Assembly (NCBI GenBank): GCA_015520195.1
Contig: WAQN01000131.1
Location: 565-64,564 of the forward strand
DNA length: 64,000 nt
Source: Desulfurococcales archaeon
GTDB taxonomy: Archaea; Thermoproteota; Thermoprotei_A; Sulfolobales; Acidilobaceae
Direction of reading: 5' to 3'
A model generated the notes under the pieces. That model searched no databases. It saw only the letters and a list, made by a program, of their open reading frames with translations, and was not told where the DNA came from. The translations under genes were made by a program, and so were the position numbers. Below, piece after piece: positions 10,740 through 21,072 of the stretch. The first letter of the stretch is position 1, and each line of letters opens with the position of its first letter.

Positions 10740-10835
10740 CTAGCTTTTACATGAGAGGAAGCATCCTTCTACGCATTCAGGCTCCCTACACGCTTCTAGG
10801 CAGAGTTCTACACAGTCCTTATCTTCTTCACTCAA
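10740..10835 (-). CDS. Candidate 31-aa cysteine-rich micro-protein (below the ORF-track size cutoff)
   Basis: TTG at 10835..10833 is preceded by GGAGGAGGA with a 5-nt spacer (TATAC). Translation is MSEEDKDCVELCLEACREPECVEGCFLSCKS, stop TAG at 10742..10740. Six Cys follow CX3CX3C-X4-CX3CX3C. It lies in an otherwise unexplained 365-bp gap. Confidence 0.35.
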   Translation of the reverse strand: MSEEDKDCVELCLEACREPECVEGCFLSCKS

Positions 10836-10982
10836 GTATATCCTCCTCCAGCATCCATCTGTTTAGCTGATGTATTTATCAGTTTCTATACTTAGCGCCT
10901 GACAGTAGATTTTAGAGGGATTAAGCTAGTATTTCTCGTAGTATAACTAATAAATCCCCGTTAATATGCTAGGAAACGGGCT

Positions 10983-11489
10983 GTGTCTATGCCCGATAGA
11001 AGGAGACACCTAGAACTAGACTTATTATTTATTGCCAAATATAATATGGGGCTTACTATAGACGATGTAGTTCTAATTGAGGCATTAATAGATGAGCCAG
11101 CTAGATACGCTAGTATAATTATTAATCTTATTGAATCAAAAATTAACAATTGTAATTCTAAAACTCTATATAATCTTATTGAGTCGTATAAGTCTGGCTT
11201 AAAGATTAATGGAGTATTTAGCCATGATTGGGGGTTAAATAGGGCTAGACGTGGTAAATCAACTAGAATCTTGAAGAAAATAGTATCTTGCATATTCGGT
11301 GATGACGCACGGCTAATAGTGGATCTCCACAGTAGCATAGACATGGTGTACGCTGGCAGGTTTAGATGCATGCATGACTACAGAAAGTGGGCTACCGCCC
11401 ATGGCATTGATCCCAGAGTTATAGAGTTTGTAGAAGCTAAATTAGAGCAGGGTGTAGTTCATGGGGAAGGGGCATGTTATAAGGAATAG
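10983..11489 (+). CDS. Hypothetical protein with tyrosine-recombinase-like catalytic motif order (catalytic domain only, Arg-I replaced)
   Basis: 168 aa. LDLLFIAKYNMGLTIDDVVLIEAL resembles box I (xTGLRxSELxxL) but has Thr for Arg. RRGKSTRIL resembles the GKGxKxR hairpin. HDYR is the HxxR motif at residues 131-134, followed by H160 and Y166, with Y 32 residues after the R as in XerD. The first ~300 nt are markedly AT-rich. Judged by eye only. Confidence 0.5.
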   Translation: MSMPDRRRHLELDLLFIAKYNMGLTIDDVVLIEALIDEPARYASIIINLIESKINNCNSKTLYNLIESYKSGLKINGVFSHDWGLNRARRGKSTRILKKIVSCIFGDDARLIVDLHSSIDMVYAGRFRCMHDYRKWATAHGIDPRVIEFVEAKLEQGVVHGEGACYKE

Positions 11490-11985
11490 ATATGAAGCTA
11501 CTTTTAAGGGATACGATGAGCTCTATAGGGCAGAGCAATTCGAGAAGTACGCAGTTACCTTAAAGAAGGTTAGACCTAGAGGTAGGATATTGGACGCTGG
11601 TTGTGGTACTGGGCTTCTATTAGAGTATATGAGGGCTACTGGCTTCATAGACTATATTGACGAGTATGTATGTCTGGACTATAGTTGGGGGATGCTTAGT
11701 ATAGCTAGGTGGAGAACTCAAGTGATATGTCCTGATAAGTGTCTCCTTGTAGGTGGTAATATTGAGTCATTGCCATTCTCTGATAAGTCATTTGAAGTCT
11801 CATATGCATTCACTGTATTGGATTTAGTTGATTCCATAATGAAGGCTTTAGATGAGTTGAGGAGAGTCACTAGAGGTAGTATAGTTGTTACAATGCTTAA
11901 AACCCTTCCTTACAAGGATTTATTGATATCTAAAGGGTATAGCGTCCTAGCGGTGTCTAGGAAGGACGTGATATTTGTGGTTTAA
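11461..11985 (+). CDS. Class I SAM-dependent methyltransferase
   Basis: Motif I is ILDAGCGTGLLLEYM, with a post-I acidic residue (CLDYS) and a Rossmann-type beta pattern. It overlaps the upstream ORF by 29 nt. Confidence 0.8.
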   Translation: MGKGHVIRNRYEATFKGYDELYRAEQFEKYAVTLKKVRPRGRILDAGCGTGLLLEYMRATGFIDYIDEYVCLDYSWGMLSIARWRTQVICPDKCLLVGGNIESLPFSDKSFEVSYAFTVLDLVDSIMKALDELRRVTRGSIVVTMLKTLPYKDLLISKGYSVLAVSRKDVIFVV

Positions 11986-12052
11986 GTATTATCCGCAACA
12001 CTATTAATAATTGCCTATAAATACTCTGTCTCCTAGGTAAGGGTGGCTTGTA

Positions 12053-12625
12053 ATGGCTGAGTTAAAAGTTAATGTTGATAGTGAAACTCTAGAGCTCCTG
12101 GAATCCTTGGCGGATAAATTAGCGTCTACCTCCAAGGACCTTGCAGCATACCTACTGGAGGCTGTAGCTTCATACAGCGATGACCTGGTAAGGTGGGGGC
12201 TGGATCTTAGAGTTAAGAGGAGTAATAGGGCTCCTAGTCTAATTGAGGAGCTGATATTCTATGGGGTTGAGGCATGGAAAGGTATAGTATCTAGAGTGTT
12301 AGACGTACTTCATGCACGTGGCAGATTTGAGCTTGAAGAGATTGACTTAGACCCTTTAGAACCCTCGTTAGAGATGGAGTTTGTGGCGTTAGAGGGTAGC
12401 GATTTGAAGGCTGATAGGCTCAGGATAAACTGGAGCTTTGACAGTGTCATAGTTGAGGCATACTATTATCTTGAGGAGGGAGAGGAACCAATATATAATC
12501 CCCAGGTTGATGGTTTCGATGTATCGTATCTACCTGATGAGAATGCGATAGTCGTGGCAGCTACGGGTTCCTCCTTAAAATCGATTCCACCTATACACGT
12601 ATTCGATAAGGTAGTCATGGGTTGA
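12053..12625 (+). CDS. Hypothetical acidic protein
   Basis: 190-aa ORF with normal local codon usage, in a + strand run with its neighbours. The N-terminus KVNVDSETLELLESLADKL could be a ribbon-helix-helix strand and helix, but that is speculative. Confidence 0.55.
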   Translation: MAELKVNVDSETLELLESLADKLASTSKDLAAYLLEAVASYSDDLVRWGLDLRVKRSNRAPSLIEELIFYGVEAWKGIVSRVLDVLHARGRFELEEIDLDPLEPSLEMEFVALEGSDLKADRLRINWSFDSVIVEAYYYLEEGEEPIYNPQVDGFDVSYLPDENAIVVAATGSSLKSIPPIHVFDKVVMG

Positions 12626-12631
12626 CGTGTT

Positions 12632-13093
12632 ATGAGTGGCGTTGAGAAGGTAAAGAAGTGGATTGAAGAAAACGGTCTAGACTGGAAGATCCACATGTTA
12701 CAATCACAAGTTAAGACTGTGGCTCAGGCAGCATCTGCTCTCGGGGTTCCTAAATCTGTTATAGTAAAGACTATAGTATTGGTTGATGATAGCAGAACAA
12801 TAGCGTGCATCATACCCGGAGATAAGAGACTCAGTTTAGGAAAAGTCAAGTCGATTACAGGGGGATCTCCGAGGCTAGCTAAGCCTAATGAAGTGTTAGA
12901 GAGGACTGGATATAGGATCGGAGGTGTCCCGCCATACCCCCTTCCAGGCGATGTAGTCATTATAATGGATGAGAGAGTACTGGATAACGAAAAAGTATAT
13001 GGTGGTGGAGGCGATGAGAGGAGTTTACTGGAATTTTCGCCTAGAGAGCTCCTCTCTATAGCTAGAGTGATTGTAGCAGATATAGTATCATAG
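12632..13093 (+). CDS. YbaK/ProX-type aminoacyl-tRNA deacylase domain protein
   Basis: VKTVAQAASALGVPKSVIVKTIVLVDD...ACIIPGDKRLSLGKV...RTGYRIGGVPPYPL matches the YbaK/EbsC editing-domain pattern. Confidence 0.8.
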   Translation: MSGVEKVKKWIEENGLDWKIHMLQSQVKTVAQAASALGVPKSVIVKTIVLVDDSRTIACIIPGDKRLSLGKVKSITGGSPRLAKPNEVLERTGYRIGGVPPYPLPGDVVIIMDERVLDNEKVYGGGGDERSLLEFSPRELLSIARVIVADIVS

Positions 13094-13102
13094 CGTATAT
13101 TC

Positions 13103-15190
13103 CTACGCCTCACTGATCAACTCTAGCGATAGTGCATCAAATGCCTTTATTGTCGGCATTTCTCTGTAACCTTGGATGGAGGATATCAAGTTGTAGGGAG
13201 CTATTGTGTATATTACATCGTCTATATATAGGCTCCTAGCGGCTCCATTGTGCTCTACTATCGTGACAAGTTTCATAGCCTCACTCTCTACATCATACTT
13301 TATTAGGGCAATTCCATTAAAGCTCATTAATCCTTTTTCCTGAGAGCTCATGCCTTTATTTTCAAGTTTAACACCTACTATTGGTATCATTATGTAATTG
13401 TGCCTCGGATCTATGGTGAAGGCTTTATAGCCCCACTGCGGGTCTAAGACCTGAGAGTACCATGCCGTCATTGTGCCATTGAACATGTATATTCTCTTCA
13501 CAGCCGATACTGTGTAGTTCTCATTTATCCTGTATAGCGTTATTCTTACAGTCCTGTCCACCACCATGCCAGATTTAGTAACTACAGATACCCTCTCCAG
13601 GCCAATCCCTACCAATAAGTTATCACTTACCGGGTGCATGTATTCATCAAATCCTGGAGCCTCCAGGAACCCCAGAACCCTTGGATTCGCTGGGTCGCTT
13701 AGGTCTATTGTAAAGAGCGGGTCTATGTTTCTAAAAGTTACTAGATATAGTATGTCCCCCATGAATCTTACCGCATGAACCCTTTCATTGACAGAGATAT
13801 TCTCCAGCTTTGCTATAATATCCATTGTAGAGGCGTTTATAGTGTATAGGTCTACATTTATCCCTCCTTTCCTCCACGACTCAGCTACTATCCTTAGAAC
13901 ACCCTTATACTCGTCTAACTGCCACGTCTTCCTAAGCATGCCCTCTATCTCAACAGAGCCTACAACTGTTATATTTGGAGTCTCTGACACCTGGAGTTTA
14001 GCTATAATAGTGGTCGCCTCCGGGTTCCTCGTTATGAGCTCTACAATAGCTCCTAGGTCAGTTACTCTTTGCTCTAGTATCCTGTATTTTGGTGTTTCAA
14101 GTGCAACGTAAAGGGAGCCTCCTGTGGTCATGTATACTGTTGCTGGGTTAGCGCCTAGTATGCTAAACTCATCGTGGGTCCAGTTGTTAAGGTTTAGAGC
14201 TATTATTGTAGTGTATGACCTAGGCTGACCAGCCACAACGAGCTTTTCAGGCACAATGGGTATACCATCTATCAATGGTCTTAACTTCTTAGCTGCTGGC
14301 TGTGTTAATACTAACGTTAGTGTATCATTTAGTAGTCTTGAATCCTTAAGCCAGCCGCTAACCCACTTATAGTTTACTACTCCCTCATCTGGCTTATACT
14401 CTATAATCCATGTTCTCGTATATGCCCACGAAGATTCTTCAGTTATGATGATGACTTTATCCATGTAAGCATATAGCCCCCTTATATTATATCCCGGCGT
14501 TACAGGCCCTATCTCATAATATTCGTCCCCCTCCCTAAGCACAAGCACCTTCTCCCCGCTTATGTTCCCAATTAATTTTTCTACGTCAACAGTCTCTCTC
14601 AGTTCTAGGTTTTCGGCGGGATACGCATAATAAACACCCATTACACTTCCGGATGCAACATATATAATAGTCCCGTTAGTCTTAACTATATCATGCTCGT
14701 CAACCCCCTCAACCCTTACATTTGTAGTGGAGAACTCGGCGCTCACAGCCCCTGTAGGCGTGGCAACAGTAGTAGTAGCTACCAATGTAACGGTAGGCAT
14801 TGGTGCAGGTGCTGGGGCCTCTCCTCTCAAGAACTCTGCCTCTGGAACCACTCCACCTTTAACATATGGATAGTACCTTGTATAAGCTCCCTCCATGCCA
14901 AGCTTCTCTAAGAGTGAATCCACCGCATACCAACTGGAAGGTTTAAGGCCTAACGGGGTTAACTCGAATTCTATTTTTCCAGGAGAAGACGGCGTCTGGT
15001 CAGTTGGTTCTTCAAGGCTAGGTGTCTTAGTTACTGTTTTTGTAATTGTGGTTATTTCGGTGGTTTCTGTTACGACCGTTCCCGTTGATTTTCCGGTGTA
15101 GAATCCTACTGTAAATATTATTATAACTATTAATGCATATATATATGGTAACTTGGAGTTTACTTTTTTACCATTCACGGCTTTATTCAC
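13103..15190 (-). CDS. Membrane-anchored extracellular beta-propeller domain protein
   Basis: N-terminal TM segment LPYIYALIVIIIFTVGFY, a Thr/Pro-rich linker, then FSTTNVRVEGVDEHDIVKTNGTIIYVASG. This is characteristic of the Beta_propel (PF09826-type) family as I recall it. Confidence 0.7.
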   Translation of the reverse strand: MNKAVNGKKVNSKLPYIYALIVIIIFTVGFYTGKSTGTVVTETTEITTITKTVTKTPSLEEPTDQTPSSPGKIEFELTPLGLKPSSWYAVDSLLEKLGMEGAYTRYYPYVKGGVVPEAEFLRGEAPAPAPMPTVTLVATTTVATPTGAVSAEFSTTNVRVEGVDEHDIVKTNGTIIYVASGSVMGVYYAYPAENLELRETVDVEKLIGNISGEKVLVLREGDEYYEIGPVTPGYNIRGLYAYMDKVIIITEESSWAYTRTWIIEYKPDEGVVNYKWVSGWLKDSRLLNDTLTLVLTQPAAKKLRPLIDGIPIVPEKLVVAGQPRSYTTIIALNLNNWTHDEFSILGANPATVYMTTGGSLYVALETPKYRILEQRVTDLGAIVELITRNPEATTIIAKLQVSETPNITVVGSVEIEGMLRKTWQLDEYKGVLRIVAESWRKGGINVDLYTINASTMDIIAKLENISVNERVHAVRFMGDILYLVTFRNIDPLFTIDLSDPANPRVLGFLEAPGFDEYMHPVSDNLLVGIGLERVSVVTKSGMVVDRTVRITLYRINENYTVSAVKRIYMFNGTMTAWYSQVLDPQWGYKAFTIDPRHNYIMIPIVGVKLENKGMSSQEKGLMSFNGIALIKYDVESEAMKLVTIVEHNGAARSLYIDDVIYTIAPYNLISSIQGYREMPTIKAFDALSLELISEA

Positions 15191-15358
15191 CGATTTTGAG
15201 TTGTGTCGGAGGGTGGGTATAACTCGAATTGTTTGACTATGGTGATCAGATTGTTCGATCTACCCAGAACAATAACTTATTATCATGGATAAGTGTCTCC
15301 TCTAAATCCCTCTAGAGAGGGGATAGAGAAAAGAGGTGCAGTCTACAAGTAGAGGAGC

Positions 15359-15712
15359 TCACTCATCTAACAGGCCTTTTTCCTTAGCCCTAGCTACAAT
15401 TTCATTCACTAGCTGATCTTTACTTTTCCTGTCAGTCTCAACCCCAAGTTTAGCCGCTAACCTCTTAAGAGTTTCGTCATCAATATCTTTACTTCTTACC
15501 CTGGATTCACTGATTCTACCCGTTTCTTCGACTTCCCTGAACGCTCTAGAAGCCTCCTCTTTGGCCTCTTCCACTCCAGATGCAGCCTTTCTAAATTCTC
15601 TAATAGCCTGCCCTAAGCCCCGTGCTAGTGCTGGGAGTTTCGTCGGTCCCAGGATTAATAATAGTATTAGGAATATAAGCGCTAATTCTCCTGGTTGAAG
15701 CCCAAACGGCAT
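15359..15712 (-). CDS. tatA: Twin-arginine translocase TatA/E-like protein with a long charged C-terminal tail
   Basis: GELALIFLILLLILGPTKLPALARGLGQAIREFRKA is the TatA TM plus amphipathic helix. Confidence 0.8.
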   Translation of the reverse strand: MPFGLQPGELALIFLILLLILGPTKLPALARGLGQAIREFRKAASGVEEAKEEASRAFREVEETGRISESRVRSKDIDDETLKRLAAKLGVETDRKSKDQLVNEIVARAKEKGLLDE

Positions 15713-15843
15713 TATACTACACCCATCCTCCTCTTCAGAGGTGCCTCCGTTTCAATATTATTGTCTCCCTTAAAATTAATATATCTAAGGTGTCCTTGGA
15801 CTTATAACCGTATACTTTGGCTAGCCTAGTTAAACTTAATATT

Positions 15844-17061
15844 TCATATCTTGAGTCCAAATGCTTGCCTAACTAGTTGCCTTACAATCGTTAGTCTCTG
15901 GATCTCATTTGTGCCCTCATATATTGTGGTTATTATAGCATCTCTAAGGTATCGTTCAACCCCTGTCTCCACATCCACCCCGTATCCCCCGTGTATTTGT
16001 ATAGCTTGTCTAGCCACCCACTCCGCAGTTTCAGTTGCAAAGGCTTTAGCTAGGCTAGCCGCCACTATAAATTCCCTCTTACCCTCATCTGCTAGGCTAG
16101 CTGCCCAGTATGTTAGAAGCCTGGCTGCCTCTAGTTTCATATACATGTCCGCCAACTTCTCTATTATCATCTCGAATTCTATAAGTCTCTGGCCGAAGAG
16201 CTCTCTTTGCAATGCATAGTTTAGGGCTTTCTCGAATGTCGCCTGTGCTATACCCACAGCCTGAGCCGCTATCCCGATCCTAGTATGGTCATAAGTTGAT
16301 ACTATTACCTTAAACCCCTCATTTATAGGCCCTACAATGTTTTCCTCAGGCACACGGACATCCTCCAATACGACCTCGTATGGCTGTTCTCCCCTCATAC
16401 CCATGACTCTAAACTGTTGACCTATCTTTAATCCCGGTGTATCTTTTTCTACTATGAAGACTGTTATACCCCACCATCTCTTATCCTCACGTGGAGGAGA
16501 GGTCCTAGCTGAAACCACAAGGTAGTCTGCATCAGCAGCGCCGCTTATAAAGACTTTCCTACCATTTATCACGTAATGTCCATTCTCCTTCCTAGCTTTG
16601 GACTGGATCCCTGCTACATCACTCCCTCCACTAGGCTCAGTGTTAGCATGTGCACCTCTAGCCTCTCCCCGAGCTATTGGTGTTACATACTTCCTCTTCT
16701 GCTCCTCGGTGCCGTATAGGAGTACTGGCACGGCAAATAAGTGGTTAACACCTATAGTGACGGCTAATGATGGTATAGCTCTAGATACTTCCTCGGTTAA
16801 TATAGCTGTTAAGAGTTGCCCTCCTCCTTGGCCTCCATACTCCTCTGGGATTCCTACACCAAAGAAGCCTAACTCCGCTGCCTCTTTCAACACCTCTTCT
16901 GGGATCTTATTGGTTTGCTCTACTTCCTGCCATATTGGCATTAGCTTGGATTCCACGAATTCCCTAACGCTTTTTCTAAATATCTCATGCTCCTCCGATA
17001 GATTTATCTTGAAATCCTCTACACTCATGAATGGAAATACCATGCTACCACCTACTAGCAA
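15844..17061 (-). CDS. Acyl-CoA dehydrogenase
   Basis: GIPEEYGGQG, EPSGGSDVAG, QIHGGYGV, and a C-terminal YEGTNEIQRL catalytic-base region. Confidence 0.9.
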   Translation of the reverse strand: MLVGGSMVFPFMSVEDFKINLSEEHEIFRKSVREFVESKLMPIWQEVEQTNKIPEEVLKEAAELGFFGVGIPEEYGGQGGGQLLTAILTEEVSRAIPSLAVTIGVNHLFAVPVLLYGTEEQKRKYVTPIARGEARGAHANTEPSGGSDVAGIQSKARKENGHYVINGRKVFISGAADADYLVVSARTSPPREDKRWWGITVFIVEKDTPGLKIGQQFRVMGMRGEQPYEVVLEDVRVPEENIVGPINEGFKVIVSTYDHTRIGIAAQAVGIAQATFEKALNYALQRELFGQRLIEFEMIIEKLADMYMKLEAARLLTYWAASLADEGKREFIVAASLAKAFATETAEWVARQAIQIHGGYGVDVETGVERYLRDAIITTIYEGTNEIQRLTIVRQLVRQAFGLKI

Positions 17062-17376
17062 TTTATGACTCTCAGAGTATAATTAGTGATAGACGAGTTG
17101 CAACATATATAATTCAGACGTTATAGGTTAAATTAGTGAACATTTCATTGCACTCATAGCTTAATAACATAATTTTTAATATATATGCACTCCCTATGCT
17201 TACTGACACTACTCTTTAACAAAGCATGCTACGGCTACTATTATCGATCAATTCCTATGTAATAATTTATAGCTAACTAAAGAGGCATATATAACTTACT
17301 AAGAGAGTTATTAATCCACTATTAGATAGGCTAGTAAAAATGGCTCACTCATAGGCACAAGGTACTCTTGCTTGCG

Positions 17377-18267
17377 TTAACCCTCTAGCTCTTCAGGTTG
17401 AGTTATTTCCTCAATCTCCTCCTCACCACCTGACGGTATGAGTTCTAGTATGCTACCTGTTAGCAGTAATAATGAACCTAGGAAAGTTAATAAAGCTACT
17501 AGCTGGAACTGTGATACGGCTCTATCTACAGATAAGGTCTCTTTTATGTGAGCCTCCTCGGCGGTTTCCCACCATGTAGTAGACATGTATCCAAATATAG
17601 CTAGACCTGCTAGGAATAGTAGCCATCCCACCGTCTGGATTACGTAAGCCCTCTCCCCGGTCTCACGATGTATCCTATAGAGGCCCCAGGATAAGGCTCC
17701 AAGGGAGACTACCAGTGCCACAGTGCGTAGTATGTTACCCATATCTCTGAAGAATATAGCTCTATCCCGAGCCTCAGGGCTTAATCCAGGCTCTGCGAGC
17801 GCATTAGTAGAGACTACTATGAGGCCTATGGAGAACACAGCTGCTATTGTAACAAGGCCTATAGAGCCAGTCCTAACCCCGCCTTCTAATCCTAGGACTG
17901 TTACAGCAAGATAGGCAGCGAGGATTAGTGCTATGCCTACCATAATAGAGGATGCATAAATGTAGAGTGTTAAGTCGTTCCATGCCTCTCTTGTGACACC
18001 TATTGGCGCACCCTTAAAAGGACTTAACTTAGTGACTTCAACCTGGCTTATAGCATCATAATCCCATCCATATTTTAAAAGCAGCCTCTCAAGAACCTCG
18101 TCTTGGAAGAAGAATGCTGCTATAAAAGCCAAGCCGAGGAAGAGTATAGTTAATGCTCTCACGGCGGCCTCCTTAGTCCTGTGAACCAAGGCTATTATGG
18201 CTAGTGTCAATCCGGTGAGTGACAGGACTAATCCCAGTGTTATAAATGCCAATAAACTGTAGAACAC
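17377..18267 (-). CDS. Multi-pass membrane protein, unknown function
   Basis: 296 aa with about 7-8 hydrophobic segments and an acidic C-terminal tail. I recognise no motif. Confidence 0.6.
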   Translation of the reverse strand: MFYSLLAFITLGLVLSLTGLTLAIIALVHRTKEAAVRALTILFLGLAFIAAFFFQDEVLERLLLKYGWDYDAISQVEVTKLSPFKGAPIGVTREAWNDLTLYIYASSIMVGIALILAAYLAVTVLGLEGGVRTGSIGLVTIAAVFSIGLIVVSTNALAEPGLSPEARDRAIFFRDMGNILRTVALVVSLGALSWGLYRIHRETGERAYVIQTVGWLLFLAGLAIFGYMSTTWWETAEEAHIKETLSVDRAVSQFQLVALLTFLGSLLLLTGSILELIPSGGEEEIEEITQPEELEG

Positions 18268-18605
18268 GTAAACATCACCATTATATCCATGCTCTTCTAC
18301 TAATAATCATATTTAAGCATTATCATAGATTAATTATTTCCTCCGGTGACTCCAACAAAAGCTAAATTAAAACTCAATCTCATTTAAATTTATACCTGGA
18401 TGTGGATGCCCCTACCCAGTACTAGACCCCGGGTTTAGCAATATGATATGTTTTCAGTGCCAACAATTTAAAGACGAATTTGGAGAACTGTCCCGGGGAA
18501 TGAAGAAGTGGTCCTCCCCGAATTTTTAATTGATTAGATAGGATTTCCTATAAATTCTATTTCTATTAAATTAAATAGAAGGCCTCCTATAACTGGTTAT
18601 CCATG

Positions 18606-18932
18606 TTACTTGGTTAATTGTTTTATCTCTATATAGACATCGTTAGGAACCTGTATTCTCATTAATCTCCTAAGTACTCTTTCATCTGCGTCTAGATCTA
18701 TTAACCTCTTATGTATTCTCATCTCCCAATGCTCCCAGTATTTACTCCCTTCTCCGTGTGGAAGCCTGAATACCGGAATCGTTAGTCTCTTTGTGGGTAA
18801 TGGTATGGGACCCCTAATTCTAACACCTGTTTTCCTCGCTATTTCTCTTATCTGTTCAACTACTTGTTCCAGGCTTCTTATATTCGCGCTCCATAGCCAT
18901 ATTCTTATTTTGAATGCAGGCATTATCGGCAC
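18606..18932 (-). CDS. rps10: 30S ribosomal protein S10 (uS10)
   Basis: [43 protein letters not shown]...HKRLIDL, directly downstream of EF-1alpha. Confidence 0.95.
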   Translation of the reverse strand: MPIMPAFKIRIWLWSANIRSLEQVVEQIREIARKTGVRIRGPIPLPTKRLTIPVFRLPHGEGSKYWEHWEMRIHKRLIDLDADERVLRRLMRIQVPNDVYIEIKQLTK

Positions 18933-19000
18933 CCACAGTAAGTTACCCTTTATTATAATTAGTAATGTTGTAGGAGGGTTAATTTGATTTGAGTTTAGCG

Positions 19001-20314
19001 TTATTTTGTTCTTATCTCCACTTTTGCTGGTTTGACCTCGGTTACTATGCCTATTCCTATTGTTCTGTTCATGTCTCTCATAGCGAATCTGCCTAGCTGG
19101 GGTATTTCGCTGAACTTCTCTATTACCATCGGCTTAATCGGCTTGAATCTGACTATGGCTACTTCTCCAGGTTTGAGGAATTGTGGTTTCTCCTCGATTA
19201 CCTGCCCTGTTCTTGGGTCTAGCTTTGCTAGTATCTCGGTCATCCTTGCACTTATGCTGGCTGTGTGGGCGTGTATTACGGGTGTGTATCCCGGTGCTAG
19301 TGCGCTTGGATGCCATATAACGAAGATTCTGGCTGTAAACTCCTCAGCTACGGTTGGTGGTTTGTCTAGGTGGCCAGCCACATCTCCCCTCTTTATCTCG
19401 TGCTTGCTTACACCCCTGACGGCGAATCCTATATTATCTCCTGGCTCTGCCTGGGGCAGGTCTTGGTAGTGCATCTGTATGCTCCTAACCTCGCCTACCA
19501 CGCCTGGGGGCATGAATACTATCTTGTCTCCTACTCTTAGTACTCCTGTCTCCACCCTTCCTACAGGGACTGTGCCTGCACCTGGTATTGAATATACGTT
19601 CTGGACTGGTATCCTGAGGGGCTTGTCAACAGGCTTTTTGGGAGGTTCAAGGCTGTCTAGGGCCTCTACTAGTATTGGTCCATTATACCATGGCATGTTG
19701 GGGCTTCTCTCTATGAGGTTGTCTCCCTTCCACGCGCTTACTGGTATGAATGGTATCTTGTCTGGCTGGTATCCTAGCCCTTTCATGAACTTCTTCAACA
19801 CAGCTACTATTTGATCATACCTCTTCTGGTTATAGTTAACATCTGGGGCATCCATCTTATTAACTGTGACTATGACCTGGTCTATGCCCATAGTCTTGGC
19901 TAGCAATAGGTGCTCTCTGGTCTGACCCTCAGGGCTCATGCCTGCCTCGAACTCTCCCTTCCTAGCGGATACAACTAGTATCGCGGCGTCCGCTTGGCTA
20001 GCGCCTGTAATCATGTTCTTAACGAAGTCTCTGTGGCCAGGGGCATCTATTACTGTGAAAACGTACTTCTTAGTCTCGAACTTCATGAATGTTAAGTCTA
20101 TCGTTATACCTCTGTCTCTCTCCTCCTTCATCTTGTCAAGTATCCATGCGAATTTAAACGACTCCTTACCCTTAGCACGTGCCTGCTCCTCTAGCTCTTT
20201 AAGTTTCTTCTCCTCGACTAACCCAAGCCTGTATAGTAGGTGGCCCACTAGGGTGCTCTTACCGTGGTCCACATGGCCTATTACTACAAGGTTTAAGTGT
20301 GGCTTCTCCGCCAT
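19001..20314 (-). CDS. tuf: Translation elongation factor 1-alpha
   Basis: [21 protein letters not shown] and full-length collinearity with aEF-1alpha. Confidence 0.97.
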   Translation of the reverse strand: MAEKPHLNLVVIGHVDHGKSTLVGHLLYRLGLVEEKKLKELEEQARAKGKESFKFAWILDKMKEERDRGITIDLTFMKFETKKYVFTVIDAPGHRDFVKNMITGASQADAAILVVSARKGEFEAGMSPEGQTREHLLLAKTMGIDQVIVTVNKMDAPDVNYNQKRYDQIVAVLKKFMKGLGYQPDKIPFIPVSAWKGDNLIERSPNMPWYNGPILVEALDSLEPPKKPVDKPLRIPVQNVYSIPGAGTVPVGRVETGVLRVGDKIVFMPPGVVGEVRSIQMHYQDLPQAEPGDNIGFAVRGVSKHEIKRGDVAGHLDKPPTVAEEFTARIFVIWHPSALAPGYTPVIHAHTASISARMTEILAKLDPRTGQVIEEKPQFLKPGEVAIVRFKPIKPMVIEKFSEIPQLGRFAMRDMNRTIGIGIVTEVKPAKVEIRTK

Positions 20315-20381
20315 CTACACCCACCTCAGCCTACACACGCCAAGGCTTAAAGTCTGCCTAGGAGCTTTAAAAAGACACCGC

Positions 20382-20993
20382 TTATCTAGAGCTGAGAGCT
20401 ATCCTTTCAATCTCTTCCTTCTGCCTAACAGCATGACTCTGCGGGTCTCCCCGTGAGGCTAGTATTATCTCTCTAGCCAAGCACTCCTCTATTGGCATTG
20501 GATTATTGAATGCGCACTGACGCGCTCCATCTGTTAGGAACTTTAATGCCACGTCAACCCTTCTCTGAGGTGAGACATCCACTGAAACTCTGTATGTTAT
20601 ACCACCATACATTATCCTTGTTGTATCCTCTCTCGGCGCCGAGTTTTCTATGGCCCTTACCAGGACCTGTATGGGGTTTTCCCCGGTCTCAAAGTAAATT
20701 ATGTCAAAGGCCGTCTTAACAATATTGTATGCTAGGTGCTTCTTTCCACCATTCCTACCAGGCCTCATCAGTTTATTCATTAGTCGCTCCACAATGGGAA
20801 CCTCTGCCTTTCCGAATCTCCTATGCTCATGCCTACCTCCAGTGTGTGGCAACCATGTGGGTTTGAGGCTTATGTATCTCTTGAGACTTGGATCCCTTAC
20901 CTCTACCCCGACCCAGCTCCACTTGCCAAACAGCCTTATAGAGTCTGCTCTTACCTCTATGTCGCTGGGCAACTCTATTACTTCCCCGCTCAA
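20382..20993 (-). CDS. rps7: 30S ribosomal protein S7 (uS7)
   Basis: [29 protein letters not shown]...[11 protein letters not shown]...EIILAS, at the conserved position upstream of EF-1alpha. Confidence 0.93.
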   Translation of the reverse strand: MSGEVIELPSDIEVRADSIRLFGKWSWVGVEVRDPSLKRYISLKPTWLPHTGGRHEHRRFGKAEVPIVERLMNKLMRPGRNGGKKHLAYNIVKTAFDIIYFETGENPIQVLVRAIENSAPREDTTRIMYGGITYRVSVDVSPQRRVDVALKFLTDGARQCAFNNPMPIEECLAREIILASRGDPQSHAVRQKEEIERIALSSR

Positions 20994-21072
20994 CTCGTAA
21001 CCCCCACTATTCCAGGCAATATTATGCCTATAAGCTGGCTCTTAAAAGACTTGTTAATAGCTGTTAAGGCAT

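Noticed and set aside
18443-18529. 28-codon + strand ORF (MICFQCQQFKDEFGELSRGMKKWSSPNF) in the S10-downstream gap. It is flanked by complementary CCCCGGG (18427-18433) and CCCGGGG (18492-18498) segments.
   Set aside because: It has only one CxxC (not a zinc ribbon) and no Shine-Dalgarno sequence upstream. The 7-bp long-range pairing encloses an AT-rich 58-nt loop that would not be stable at growth temperature. It is worth a look in RNA-seq but unsupported from sequence.
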